From: a virus
Lineage: Duplodnaviria > Caudoviricetes
DNA: 43,686 nt
Strand: one strand, 5' to 3'
Virus record (IMG/VR): IMGVR_UViG_3300043485_000045
Coordinates: 1-43,686 of that record
The notes under the pieces were generated by a model. That model saw only the letters and a program-made list of their open reading frames with translations. It searched no databases and was not told the DNA's origin. Below are positions 36,352 to 43,686 of this stretch, piece by piece. Position numbers and translations under genes: made by a program. The number at the start of each line of letters is the position of its first letter. Positions within the stretch are counted from its first letter, which is position 1.

Positions 36352-36579
36352 TCATTCCTGCCAAAGCTTACTAAGCTTCAGCTCAACATCCTTGTCGAAT
36401 GTCCTGGCATCTTCTTCGAGCCAGCGGGCTTTCCTCAATGCTTCGAGGAACGCGCTTAATTCCTCAGGCTTCATTGCAGCCATGAGGGGGATCTGTTTGC
36501 GAAATTGCTCTCGAACCGACTCGGCAATCGACTCCCATTCGTCTTGAGCAACAGAACTGACGGCATCGTCCTTCATCAT
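36352..36579 (-). CDS. Hypothetical protein
   Basis: AGGAGG RBS; 75 aa helical. Confidence 0.7.
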   Translation of the reverse strand: MMKDDAVSSVAQDEWESIAESVREQFRKQIPLMAAMKPEELSAFLEALRKARWLEEDARTFDKDVELKLSKLWQE

Positions 36580-36674
36580 TGCCTCCTGGAAGCATCGTCG
36601 AAAACGGCGATTGCCGCGGCTATCGTCGTTTCGGGCGTTACTCGATCGAGATCGACAATGTAGCGCACTGTGCG

Positions 36675-37127
36675 CTATGGCTTCTCGATCAGGATCTGGG
36701 CGAGCTGCAGGCCGATCCGACGGGCGGCTGTTTTGCGTTTCGCTTGGCCGCTTTGCTGCTTCACCAGCATGCGCATGGCCTCGACGGCTTCAGGCGGCAT
36801 CAGTTGCTCGGGCTTCCTGGGGCGTTCGATTGCTTCCTTCAGGCACTCCAGCCAGATTGGCAACGTCTTGATGCCCTTAAGGGCGCTGCATCGTTCAAGG
36901 AACAGCAACACGGCCTTCATGCTCGGGCCTTTTGGCTTGGCCGTTTCGTAGCCGTCTCCAAGGTCGCCTTCGGCTCGCTCGACGGCGGCGCCGGCGGGAA
37001 ATTGGATGATCACGCGATACTCGTCCAGCTTGGTGGTGGTGACGGGCACGTCGATTTCATCCAACGCTCCACCGGCCCAGTGAACGGCGCATAGTTCGCG
37101 ATTGGTTCGCTTCGGAATTTTTGGCAT
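36675..37127 (-). CDS. Hypothetical protein
   Basis: ATG at 37127; 150 aa; divergent from the recombinase. Confidence 0.6.
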   Translation of the reverse strand: MPKIPKRTNRELCAVHWAGGALDEIDVPVTTTKLDEYRVIIQFPAGAAVERAEGDLGDGYETAKPKGPSMKAVLLFLERCSALKGIKTLPIWLECLKEAIERPRKPEQLMPPEAVEAMRMLVKQQSGQAKRKTAARRIGLQLAQILIEKP

Positions 37128-37175
37128 GGGTCGATTCCCTGTGATCAAATGAGCATTCGGACGTTTCAGCCGAAG

Positions 37176-37214
37176 TCTAACCCATTTCCGGCGATCAGGT
37201 CCAAATGGGTTAGA
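37176..37214. repeat. 12-bp inverted repeat upstream of the second recombinase
   Basis: TCTAACCCATTT-15 nt-AAATGGGTTAGA. Confidence 0.8.
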
Positions 37215-37221
37215 TTTGAGA

Positions 37222-37827
37222 ATGGAACGCAAACGAAAACGCAGAGGCCTACCGACCTATTTGCCCCCGATGGAGATCGAGATCTTGCTCTCGATTGCTC
37301 GATCGCAAGCAGATGCAGCGCAAGCGGATGCCGCGCGCAAGCCTGCAAGGGCCTTTGCGACATGGCGCGACTTTGTAATGATTGAGACAACGCTGTTGGC
37401 AGGGCTGCGCGTTTCGGAACTGTGCAACCAACGGATCGAGGACGTTGACCTCACAGCGTCAGAATTGGCCATCAAACGAGGCAAGGGGGGCAAGGACAGA
37501 AATGTATCGATCGGGGCGAAGTTGCAATTGGCATTACGGGAGTGGATCGGCGATCGGCGATCGGGCTATCTGTTCCCCGGGCCTGGCGGCAGGAAGCTCA
37601 GCGTCCGACGGGTGCAGGAACGATTCGAGGAACTCGGGAAGCTAGCTCTCCTCATGAAGAAACTCAAACCCCATTCACTTCGTCACACGTTCGCGACGAC
37701 GCTTCTGAAGAGGGGAGCGAATCTTAGGGTCATTCAGGAATTGCTTGGCCATGCGTCTGTAGCAACCACGGAAATTTACACCCATCTCGATTGCACCGAC
37801 AAGAAGAAGGCCGTTGATCTGCTGTGA
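37222..37827 (+). CDS. XerC/D-like tyrosine recombinase, catalytic domain only (201 aa)
   Basis: GLRVSEL, GKGGKDR, HSLRH, LLGH, TEIYTH; no N-terminal core-binding domain. Confidence 0.9.
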   Translation: MERKRKRRGLPTYLPPMEIEILLSIARSQADAAQADAARKPARAFATWRDFVMIETTLLAGLRVSELCNQRIEDVDLTASELAIKRGKGGKDRNVSIGAKLQLALREWIGDRRSGYLFPGPGGRKLSVRRVQERFEELGKLALLMKKLKPHSLRHTFATTLLKRGANLRVIQELLGHASVATTEIYTHLDCTDKKKAVDLL

Positions 37828-37833
37828 ACCGCG

Positions 37834-37909
37834 AAACCGCGCTTTTTACTAAAAAAGCGCGGTTTTCTTTGCCTTGAAAATGGCCGAATTGGAATCAATT
37901 CGGCCATTT
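37834..37909. repeat. Two adjacent perfect palindromes (14-bp arms, 4-nt centres); terminators and/or recombinase sites
   Basis: AAACCGCGCTTTTT-ACTA-AAAAAGCGCGGTTT and AAATGGCCGAATTG-GAAT-CAATTCGGCCATTT. Confidence 0.8.
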
Positions 37910-37910
37910 C

Positions 37911-38159
37911 TTATAGGCTTTCCAACGCTCGATCGACGGCGAAACGCATGATGCGCAGGCTCCGTTCAGTCAGCTCCAAAACGCTTCTGTTTTTCAATTC
38001 GTCGGATTCGATCACTGAGACGATGGGCAATCGCTTTTTACTGCCGATGAGCTTGGTAAGCTGATCACGCAAGCCCTCGACGGCTTCGCGGACAACGGCC
38101 GCATTCTCTCCGGTACCGAATTCTGGATCGTAGCTGTCGGACATGGGACCTGGCATCAT
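37911..38159 (-). CDS. Hypothetical protein
   Basis: GGGGGAG RBS; 82 aa. Confidence 0.7.
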   Translation of the reverse strand: MMPGPMSDSYDPEFGTGENAAVVREAVEGLRDQLTKLIGSKKRLPIVSVIESDELKNRSVLELTERSLRIMRFAVDRALESL

Positions 38160-38185
38160 CTCCCCCTTTGGGGATTATTCTAACG

Positions 38186-38216
38186 AAAAAAGCCGGCCGC
38201 TCCGGAAGCGGCCGGC
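38186..38216 (-). terminator. Intrinsic terminator of the leftward early operon
   Basis: GCCGGCCGC-TTCCGGA-GCGGCCGGC-TTTTTT. Confidence 0.75.
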
Positions 38217-38217
38217 C

Positions 38218-38303
38218 GCTGGCTCGGCATAAACCTCCCTACGCACGTCTGCGTCGGGCCACTGAAGCGCTACAGTGGGTGCAAGGCGTTTGTCCGAGCC
38301 GGC
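38218..38303 (+). ncRNA. C4-like cloverleaf antisense RNA (candidate)
   Basis: P1 GCUGGCUCGG.AUAAAC/GUUUGU.CCGAGCCGGC (G-U pairs favour the + strand), P2 ACGCA-CGUC-UGCGU, P3 CCACUG-AAGCGCUA-CAGUGG, unpaired GUGCAAG. Confidence 0.6.
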
Positions 38304-38326
38304 ATTTCAAGACATATCCATCGTCA

Positions 38327-38635
38327 TCACCCATCGGCGGCCTTGCCGGTGTATTCATCGCGAGGCTTGATCGGCTTGTTATCTTCACCTACGACGATGG
38401 CCTCGAAATCTTCACCTTCAATGTCATCGGCATCGTAAACGTCCATCGGATCGAGCCACAGGTCATCTGGCGAGGTGAAGTACTTGGGCGGCTTTGCCTT
38501 GAATTCATCCCACTCCTTTTGCGTCATCATTTTCACCTGCATGTAATGAATCCGTTGGCTTGCGGTCACAAGCACGCGAAGTTTCTTTTCAGACTCAGCA
38601 GGGTTGGGCCCCTTGGCACTGCGTTTCTTTTTCAT
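38327..38635 (-). CDS. Hypothetical protein (paralogue of 38660-38944)
   Basis: Ends PIKPRDEYTGKAADG. Confidence 0.7.
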   Translation of the reverse strand: MKKKRSAKGPNPAESEKKLRVLVTASQRIHYMQVKMMTQKEWDEFKAKPPKYFTSPDDLWLDPMDVYDADDIEGEDFEAIVVGEDNKPIKPRDEYTGKAADG

Positions 38636-38659
38636 TCGGGGTTTCTCTTGAGAATCGGT

Positions 38660-38944
38660 CTATTTGCCGGTGTATTCGTCGCGTGGCTCGATCGGCGCAC
38701 CGTCGTCATCGACGGCGTAGGCCTCGAAAGCCCCTTCCTCGATGGCTTCCTTGCTCTCAAGATCTTCGGCCAGGTCGAGCCAACTGTACTGTTCGCTCGT
38801 GTTCATTTTGCCCTTTGGGCCCACGTGGTGCTGGCGCGAGGTCAACTTGAACACTGCCCATTGAGCCGGCGTCATGTAGGTGTAACACACCAGGTTGATT
38901 TTCTGCGTGGCCTTGATGCACACGCGGATTGATTCTTCGGCCAT
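38660..38944 (-). CDS. Hypothetical protein (paralogue of 38327-38635)
   Basis: Ends PIEPRDEYTGK. Confidence 0.7.
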   Translation of the reverse strand: MAEESIRVCIKATQKINLVCYTYMTPAQWAVFKLTSRQHHVGPKGKMNTSEQYSWLDLAEDLESKEAIEEGAFEAYAVDDDGAPIEPRDEYTGK

Positions 38945-38970
38945 TGGATCACCCACATTGCACGGTAATG

Positions 38971-38996
38971 GAACGGAATAGAACGGAATAGAACGG
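38971..38996. repeat. Short tandem repeat (GAACGGAATA x2.6)
   Basis: Directly visible, intergenic. Confidence 0.8.
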
Positions 38997-38998
38997 TC

Positions 38999-39238
38999 TC
39001 AGGTCGTCGCAGCATGCCTCGCGCGGCCATTGCGGACGGCCCTGGGCTTTTCACCGTCAGCTTCCTCGCCATCTTCGGCGGTGAAGGTCTTCGCAGTCAG
39101 GGCGGCAATACGCTGGCGAACGTCGGCGACGGCGGCCGTTGGCTCCTTGCCCTCCAGTTCGTCGAGGGCATCCTGCACGCCACCGATACATGCATCGCGA
39201 AAACTCCTGCGCAGCCAGTTGAGGAACGTCTGTAGCAT
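38999..39238 (-). CDS. Hypothetical protein
   Basis: AGGAG RBS; 79 aa. Confidence 0.7.
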   Translation of the reverse strand: MLQTFLNWLRRSFRDACIGGVQDALDELEGKEPTAAVADVRQRIAALTAKTFTAEDGEEADGEKPRAVRNGRARHAATT

Positions 39239-39242
39239 GGGG

Positions 39243-39425
39243 TCATTCTCCTTGGGGCGAATGGGTTTGAGGGTTCAAGTGGGCTCGTTTCTCTGCTTTC
39301 CATTCAGCTTCACAAGCTCGGCACCACGACTGCCAGCGGATTCGACCGCAGGCCTTGATCCGGCGAAAGAAGTCTGGTTCCAGTGGCCATTTTTCACCGC
39401 AGCGAGGACAGCGTTTTTCTTTCAT
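39243..39425 (-). CDS. Small zinc-finger protein
   Basis: KRCPRCGEKWPL..FF..WCRAC; GGAGG RBS. Confidence 0.65.
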   Translation of the reverse strand: MKEKRCPRCGEKWPLEPDFFRRIKACGRIRWQSWCRACEAEWKAEKRAHLNPQTHSPQGE

Positions 39426-39691
39426 TCGGCCTCCGCTGCGTTTTGGGCAAGTTTCGCGCGGGCCGCGGCCAAGTCGCTGTCCTCGCACCATGCGGCCACA
39501 ATGTCCGCGTGCATGGCGGCGGCGTTCGCTTGGGCCGCGGCCCCTCTCTCCCTGATCCAGTTCGATGTGAGCAGAAAACGCGCTCGCTGATCGTTGCTCG
39601 AAAATTTGGCCATCGTATCCAGCAATTCACGCAACTGGTCAACGTCGCGCGGGTCAAGATTCACGGCATTCGCTTCAGCTTCGGTTTCCAT
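39422..39691 (-). CDS. Hypothetical protein
   Basis: AAGGA RBS; 89 aa. Confidence 0.65.
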   Translation of the reverse strand: METEAEANAVNLDPRDVDQLRELLDTMAKFSSNDQRARFLLTSNWIRERGAAAQANAAAMHADIVAAWCEDSDLAAARAKLAQNAAEAE

Positions 39692-39717
39692 TGCATTTTC
39701 CTTTCACAGTTGGCGAT

Positions 39718-40029
39718 TCAGTCGTTGCTCGACACCGGCACGCCGGTCAGGGCCAAAAGGATCACGCCAATCAGACGCATGCCACCGAACACGGCTTGCA
39801 ACGCGAAGTAGTCGTCGATCGGGTCATTGTCGGCGCTGCCGAACGTGCTGGCGGCGAATGCCACGGCCGCGACGATGCCGACGCAACCGAGAAGGCCGAT
39901 GGCCCAGATATAGAACAGCGGGGCGAAGGTGCTGGACAGGGCAAGCGCGATTGCGAAGCCGGCGGCGGCCGTCCAGAGAAGGGCTACTTCGATCGGATCG
40001 CGGCGGCTGGTTTCCGTGTTCGTCTTCAT
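39718..40029 (-). CDS. Small membrane protein (3 TM)
   Basis: Three hydrophobic segments; 103 aa. Confidence 0.65.
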   Translation of the reverse strand: MKTNTETSRRDPIEVALLWTAAAGFAIALALSSTFAPLFYIWAIGLLGCVGIVAAVAFAASTFGSADNDPIDDYFALQAVFGGMRLIGVILLALTGVPVSSND

Positions 40030-40089
40030 CGGTCTGGCCTTTAGGGGTTAGGAGTGAGGCCCCTCCGGAGAGGGGCGATTCGGTTTCGA

Positions 40090-40245
40090 TCAGTCTTGTT
40101 TCACCTTGGCACATTTGCCGGCTTCGCGAACCCGCTTGGCTTCGTCGCGGGCGGCCGCTTCGTCCAGGTAGCGGGCCTTCGTCTTGCGGTACTCCCCGCC
40201 CTGGCTCGCCATCCACACTGCCCAGGTCTGCATCTTCGTCTTCAT
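40090..40245 (-). CDS. Small protein not in the ORF track (MKTKMQTWAVWMASQGGEYRK..., 51 aa)
   Basis: First ORF after the strong leftward promoter; AAAGGG RBS. Confidence 0.55.
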   Translation of the reverse strand: MKTKMQTWAVWMASQGGEYRKTKARYLDEAAARDEAKRVREAGKCAKVKQD

Positions 40246-40291
40246 CTTTCGGCCCTTTCGTTTGCGTGTGTCGTTTGTTCCTTACCCCCAC

Positions 40292-40320
40292 ATAATACCT
40301 CATACACGGTTTATTGTCAA
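40292..40320 (-). promoter_or_regulatory. Strong leftward early promoter
   Basis: TTGACA-17 bp-TATTAT with an A-tract UP-like element upstream. Confidence 0.85.
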
Positions 40321-40379
40321 CCTCATTTGAAGTTTTTTTATTGATCTTTTTTTCTTTTTCCCCTTCGTCTGCCAGTGGC

Positions 40380-40408
40380 TTGACTTGCGCCGATATGCCG
40401 GGTACGAT
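40380..40408 (+). promoter_or_regulatory. Rightward promoter for the repressor
   Basis: TTGACT-17 bp-TACGAT. Confidence 0.7.
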
Positions 40409-40443
40409 TACTGCGAACGTAGTTACTTTTTTGAGGATGGAGC

Positions 40444-40767
40444 ATGCTGTTCGCGGATAAGCTTCGAGAGCTTCGCATGTCGAAGGGCTGGTCTCAGAAG
40501 GAATTGGCTCAACGTGCCGGTGTGTCACAGCAAGGCCTCACTCAGTGGGAAACCGGCGGACGCAATCCCAATTTTCCCGCTGTGATTTCGCTCTGCCGCG
40601 CACTAGGTGTGCATAGCACCATCTTCGAAGATTGTGAGTTCCGCGAAGTCGAAGAGAAGCGAGGCCGCGGCCGGCCGACGAATGCGGATGCAATGTTGGC
40701 ATATGAGCATGCCAAGACGAAAGAAGCCAAGGCGGCGACGAAGAAAAAGGCGTCGAAGAAAAGATGA
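40444..40767 (+). CDS. XRE-family HTH repressor
   Basis: LRELR..KGWSQKELAQRAGVSQQGLTQWETGGRNP; C-terminal RGRGRP AT-hook-like motif; no S24 peptidase domain. Confidence 0.9.
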   Translation: MLFADKLRELRMSKGWSQKELAQRAGVSQQGLTQWETGGRNPNFPAVISLCRALGVHSTIFEDCEFREVEEKRGRGRPTNADAMLAYEHAKTKEAKAATKKKASKKR

Positions 40768-40792
40768 AGTTCCAAACCATTTCGGAAATCGC

Positions 40793-41452
40793 ATGAATTC
40801 TTCTTCCCAAACTAGCCCTGCCACTGCCCCTTTCTTTTCACCGCAGAAGATAATTGGAGCAATTGCGGGGCTTGCTTTCCTGTGCCTTTTCGGCGCCACT
40901 TGTTTAATAGCGATCACTGCCTGGGTTGTCGTCTCCCGCGCTAACGATGAACGTCAAGAACTCGAAAAGCAAATGACGATCCTCAAGTCAGATTTCGCGT
41001 CGTTTTCGGACGCTGCGCAGAGTGAACGATCGGCGTTCGAGAGTAAGCTGGCGATCGCAACGAAAAACGAAGCTGCGACGGCGGCCAAGTTGGCATCGCT
41101 GAACATTCAGCTTGCAAAGGCAAAAGCGGGGGCGCTTGCGGCAAACCAAGAAGTTGCCACCTTGAAGAAAGAGATTGCGAAAAACGGCGTCGCGGCGGCG
41201 CCGGAAAAAAAGCCAGCGATCACCAATCCCCTGGTAACGCGGGAAAACTACAAGAAAATCAACCTGGGAATGACGCTGAAGGACGTTGAAAAAATCCTCG
41301 GGCCTGGCGTGGAGAGCTCGCGATCGACGTCCTCTGTCCATATGTATTGGCGAAGTGGAACGGGCGCCGGCGCGACAGCAATCAACATCACTTTCCGTTT
41401 CATCCTTTTCCAGGAAATGGTCGTTGATTATGCTGGCGTCACCGGCAAGTGA
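40793..41452 (+). CDS. Membrane-anchored coiled-coil protein with BamE/DUF3862-like C-domain (possible superinfection exclusion)
   Basis: N-terminal TM, coiled coil, VTRENYKKINLGMTLKDVEKILG motif; downstream of and co-oriented with the repressor. Confidence 0.6.
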   Translation: MNSSSQTSPATAPFFSPQKIIGAIAGLAFLCLFGATCLIAITAWVVVSRANDERQELEKQMTILKSDFASFSDAAQSERSAFESKLAIATKNEAATAAKLASLNIQLAKAKAGALAANQEVATLKKEIAKNGVAAAPEKKPAITNPLVTRENYKKINLGMTLKDVEKILGPGVESSRSTSSVHMYWRSGTGAGATAINITFRFILFQEMVVDYAGVTGK

Positions 41453-41709
41453 CCCGGCGATCGTGACAGGACCTGGCCGGGGCGGCCGCAGCGGCGTCAC
41501 AGGGAATCGAGCAAGCCAGCTTCACCGCTGGCTTTTTTCGTGCGCACTTTTCTCCGGAATTCCGCAGAATGCCCCTTGCTTTTACTGGTTAGCCGGATAT
41601 ACTATAAGTGTCCTGATTGATCTTTGACATATCGACTTCCACTCGTGAGCCATTGAGGAGTCGAGTGCGGGAAAGAGGGGATCGAAACACCACTTTTCTC
41701 GGAGTTGTC

Positions 41710-42174
41710 ATGGTCAATCAACTGCTCGAAACGGTTCGACGATGGGGTCAACGCTGTGGTCTCGATGATTTCGAGATTGCGACGGCCCAAAGCTTGGCTT
41801 GGTACTACGAAGCCACGTATGACGGCGACGAACTGCCGGTTTCGCACTGGGCCCAGTTGGGAGTGCGAGCGGTCCGAAACGGCCGCGATCTGCCGGACTG
41901 CGGAACGGGTGCGAAGGATGCCTTGAACTTCACCTGGCAGGGTGCGGGGATGCTGGAAGTAACGGACGGCTACCCCGGACCGGATACGCTGGCGGCCCAT
42001 CGAGAAATTTTCGACCGGATGTTTAGCGGACTTGACGACCTGAAAAAACAGGTTGCCGAGTTGAAGATGGCGGGCGAAAGGACAAAGGAAATCGCCGTCC
42101 ATCTGCATCTCTCCGAAGCGCGAATCAGCCAAATCTCAAGAGAGATCGTGGAAGCATGCCGGAAGGACAAGTAG
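41710..42174 (+). CDS. Sigma-70 region-4/ECF-like transcription factor
   Basis: GGAG RBS; C-terminal GERTKEIAVHLHLSEARISQI HTH. Confidence 0.65.
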   Translation: MVNQLLETVRRWGQRCGLDDFEIATAQSLAWYYEATYDGDELPVSHWAQLGVRAVRNGRDLPDCGTGAKDALNFTWQGAGMLEVTDGYPGPDTLAAHREIFDRMFSGLDDLKKQVAELKMAGERTKEIAVHLHLSEARISQISREIVEACRKDK

Positions 42175-42201
42175 GACTAACGCGGGCCACGGATGGCCTT
42201 T

Positions 42202-42417
42202 TCAGTTGCACGGCGCGGCGGCCGCTTCATCCAGGGCGATCCAAATGGCCATCGTGTCGGCGGCGGCCTGGATGAATTCGGGCGATCGCCAGGCACGAAG
42301 GGCGAATCGCGACGCGGCCTCTTCCGTCGCTTCGCGGTTGTGTCGTTGGTAGTGTCTTCGGGCGGCTTCTTTGGCGAGGGTTTCAACGGTCGATCGAGTT
42401 TCGGCAGGCAGCTTCAT
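42202..42417 (-). CDS. Hypothetical protein
   Basis: GGAG RBS before MKLPAE; 71 aa. Confidence 0.55.
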   Translation of the reverse strand: MKLPAETRSTVETLAKEAARRHYQRHNREATEEAASRFALRAWRSPEFIQAAADTMAIWIALDEAAAAPCN

Positions 42418-42491
42418 GGGAGGGTCTCCGTGTAGGGGATTGTTCATCTCCCTATGATGGCGCCGAATCGCTTCCAATTAAGGAAAAAACC

Positions 42492-42743
42492 ATGGCAGAG
42501 AAAAAAAAGGAAAAGTATTTCACCGAAACGCAAAAGCTTGAGCAGCGAAACAAGGCCCAAATCGGCTTGCGGCTCGCTCCGGAATTGGTCGAACGCTTAC
42601 GCAATTTCGCGTGGGCCACGCAGATCGAGGGGGGCGTCAACGGCATCATCGAGGCGGCGACGGAAAAGGCGATCGAGCGGCTCGAACGAGATTACCAGAA
42701 AGAGCATGGCAAGCCGGTGCCGTCGCGGCCGGCGGCGAAGTGA
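42492..42743 (+). CDS. Ribbon-helix-helix-like small regulator
   Basis: AAGGA RBS; QIGLRLAPELVERLR..IIEAA pattern. Confidence 0.6.
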   Translation: MAEKKKEKYFTETQKLEQRNKAQIGLRLAPELVERLRNFAWATQIEGGVNGIIEAATEKAIERLERDYQKEHGKPVPSRPAAK

Positions 42744-42749
42744 ATTAAG

Positions 42750-42953
42750 TCATAGTTTGACGAAGGTACCGTCGCATAGCAAGTGAAGGATGCCGTCATA
42801 GACGGGCGGATGATCGAAATATTTCAGGCCGCAATGCTCGCACACGCAGTCACCGCAGGCTCTTTGAAAGCCGCGCTCGGCGAAAGCAACATCAACCATG
42901 TCGGCGATCAAGCGAGCTTGCTTTCGGTACCGGCGCCATAGGTCGGGATCCAT
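42750..42953 (-). CDS. Small Cys-rich hypothetical protein
   Basis: AGGAGG RBS; RACGDCVCEHCG..HP..LCDG. Confidence 0.7.
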   Translation of the reverse strand: MDPDLWRRYRKQARLIADMVDVAFAERGFQRACGDCVCEHCGLKYFDHPPVYDGILHLLCDGTFVKL

Positions 42954-42994
42954 TTCAACCTCCTTAGAAATTGGTCACACAAATACCGAGCGAC

Positions 42995-43207
42995 TTAGCT
43001 CGATCGAGCTTTGTTCCCGTTCGCGTCGTCGGCTATGTCTGTGACAGCATCCCTCTTTCTTGCGATGTCGGATCCGCCGAGCAGCCGGTTGCGTGCCTTT
43101 CGACATTTCGGGCTGCACGTGGCGGCGTCCTCGCGACATGCGAGGAAGTTTTGCCGACACGTTTGGCAGTAGCAGACCTTGTCTTTGATGCCCTTCCCAC
43201 GGCTCAT
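42995..43207 (-). CDS. Small zinc-finger protein (CGNR-like)
   Basis: CQTC..F..A.TCSPKCR. Confidence 0.65.
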   Translation of the reverse strand: MSRGKGIKDKVCYCQTCRQNFLACREDAATCSPKCRKARNRLLGGSDIARKRDAVTDIADDANGNKARSS

Positions 43208-43219
43208 GACTCACTCACT

Positions 43220-43558
43220 TCAGTTCAACGAAAAAAACTGTCCTGGGCGCCTTTCGTCATGCAGCGATGGATCTTCCTTCATATGCAAGTGCAACTTTTC
43301 AAGAGCGTCTCGGTGCGCTGGGCAGTGCTGGATCAACCAATCGAACGTCACATAAAAATGGTCTCGAAAGACTAGAATCTTGCTGCCCGGCTCCGTCTTG
43401 GCCACGGCGAGCACATCTTCCTCGGCCAGCAGGCCCAAAATCGTCGCTGTAACGTAGATTTCACCGTTGGAAAAAACGTGGACGGCACGCCTCCACTCCG
43501 GCTCGGACGGATGCAATTCAGGTCTGAAATAGGTATTCACAAAACCTCCTTTTTTCAT
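43220..43558 (-). CDS. Hypothetical protein
   Basis: 112 aa; first ORF after the origin-like repeats if the genome is circular. Confidence 0.6.
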   Translation of the reverse strand: MKKGGFVNTYFRPELHPSEPEWRRAVHVFSNGEIYVTATILGLLAEEDVLAVAKTEPGSKILVFRDHFYVTFDWLIQHCPAHRDALEKLHLHMKEDPSLHDERRPGQFFSLN

Positions 43559-43572
43559 TTTTTTTCTCTTGA

Positions 43573-43686
43573 GGGGCGCGCGCGAAAAGCGCGAACGATA
43601 TCTGTGACCACAAAATCAATTCTGCAAACATCTTGCGTCGAAAATTTCGCGCACAATTCGCGCTTTTTCGCGCTTTTCGCGCGCGC
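43573..43686. repeat. Other half of the nested inverted-repeat array (43573-43592 and 43644-43686)
   Basis: Reverse complements of 110-129 and 16-58. Confidence 0.95.

Larger units (their letters stand above)
1..43686. mobile_element. Temperate tailed bacteriophage genome, probably complete and circularly permuted (excised form); likely Planctomycetota host
   Basis: Terminase, portal, capsid, tail, tape measure, integrase with intact attP, repressor and primase are all present; no host housekeeping genes; gene orientation is continuous across the ends. Host is an inference. Confidence 0.9.

Noticed and set aside
38218-38303. Known riboswitch or self-cleaving ribozyme on the minus strand
   Set aside because: No hammerhead (CUGAUGA/GAAA) or recognisable aptamer consensus; G-U pairs favour the + strand fold
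38327-38944. DGR template/variable repeat pair
   Set aside because: No reverse transcriptase in the window; the differences are not adenine-specific and both copies are coding paralogues
39824-40528. 234-aa minus-strand ORF across the immunity region
   Set aside because: Runs through both promoters and overlaps better-supported small genes; low-complexity translation

Overview
The window looks like an essentially complete ~43.7 kb temperate tailed (siphovirus-like) phage genome in its excised, probably circular, form. The host is probably a Planctomycete, inferred from protein families I recall; no search was run. Most genes are on the minus strand. Modules in window order: primase-DUF3987 replication gene, with a nested inverted-repeat candidate origin spanning the window ends; HerA-like ATPase; C5-cytosine and N6-adenine methyltransferases; attP (3' half of tRNA-Pro(CGG)) plus tyrosine integrase; an atypical putative lysis cassette built around a signal-peptide cysteine peptidase; tail genes including a Stealth-like transferase/methyltransferase fusion; tape measure; tail chaperone with a -1 slippery site; head genes (protease-capsid fusion, lambda-type portal); terminase; a lambda-like cos site; a second small tyrosine recombinase flanked by palindromes; and a divergent-promoter immunity region with an XRE repressor and a sigma-like factor. 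The most unusual signals are (1) a C4-like cloverleaf RNA at ~38.2 kb with segments complementary to the distant leader and start codon of the operon leading to the primase, (2) a nuclease-less mini copy of the terminase ATPase directly after terL, and (3) a switchable terminator/antiterminator leader in front of the head operon. All product calls come from reading motifs by eye.
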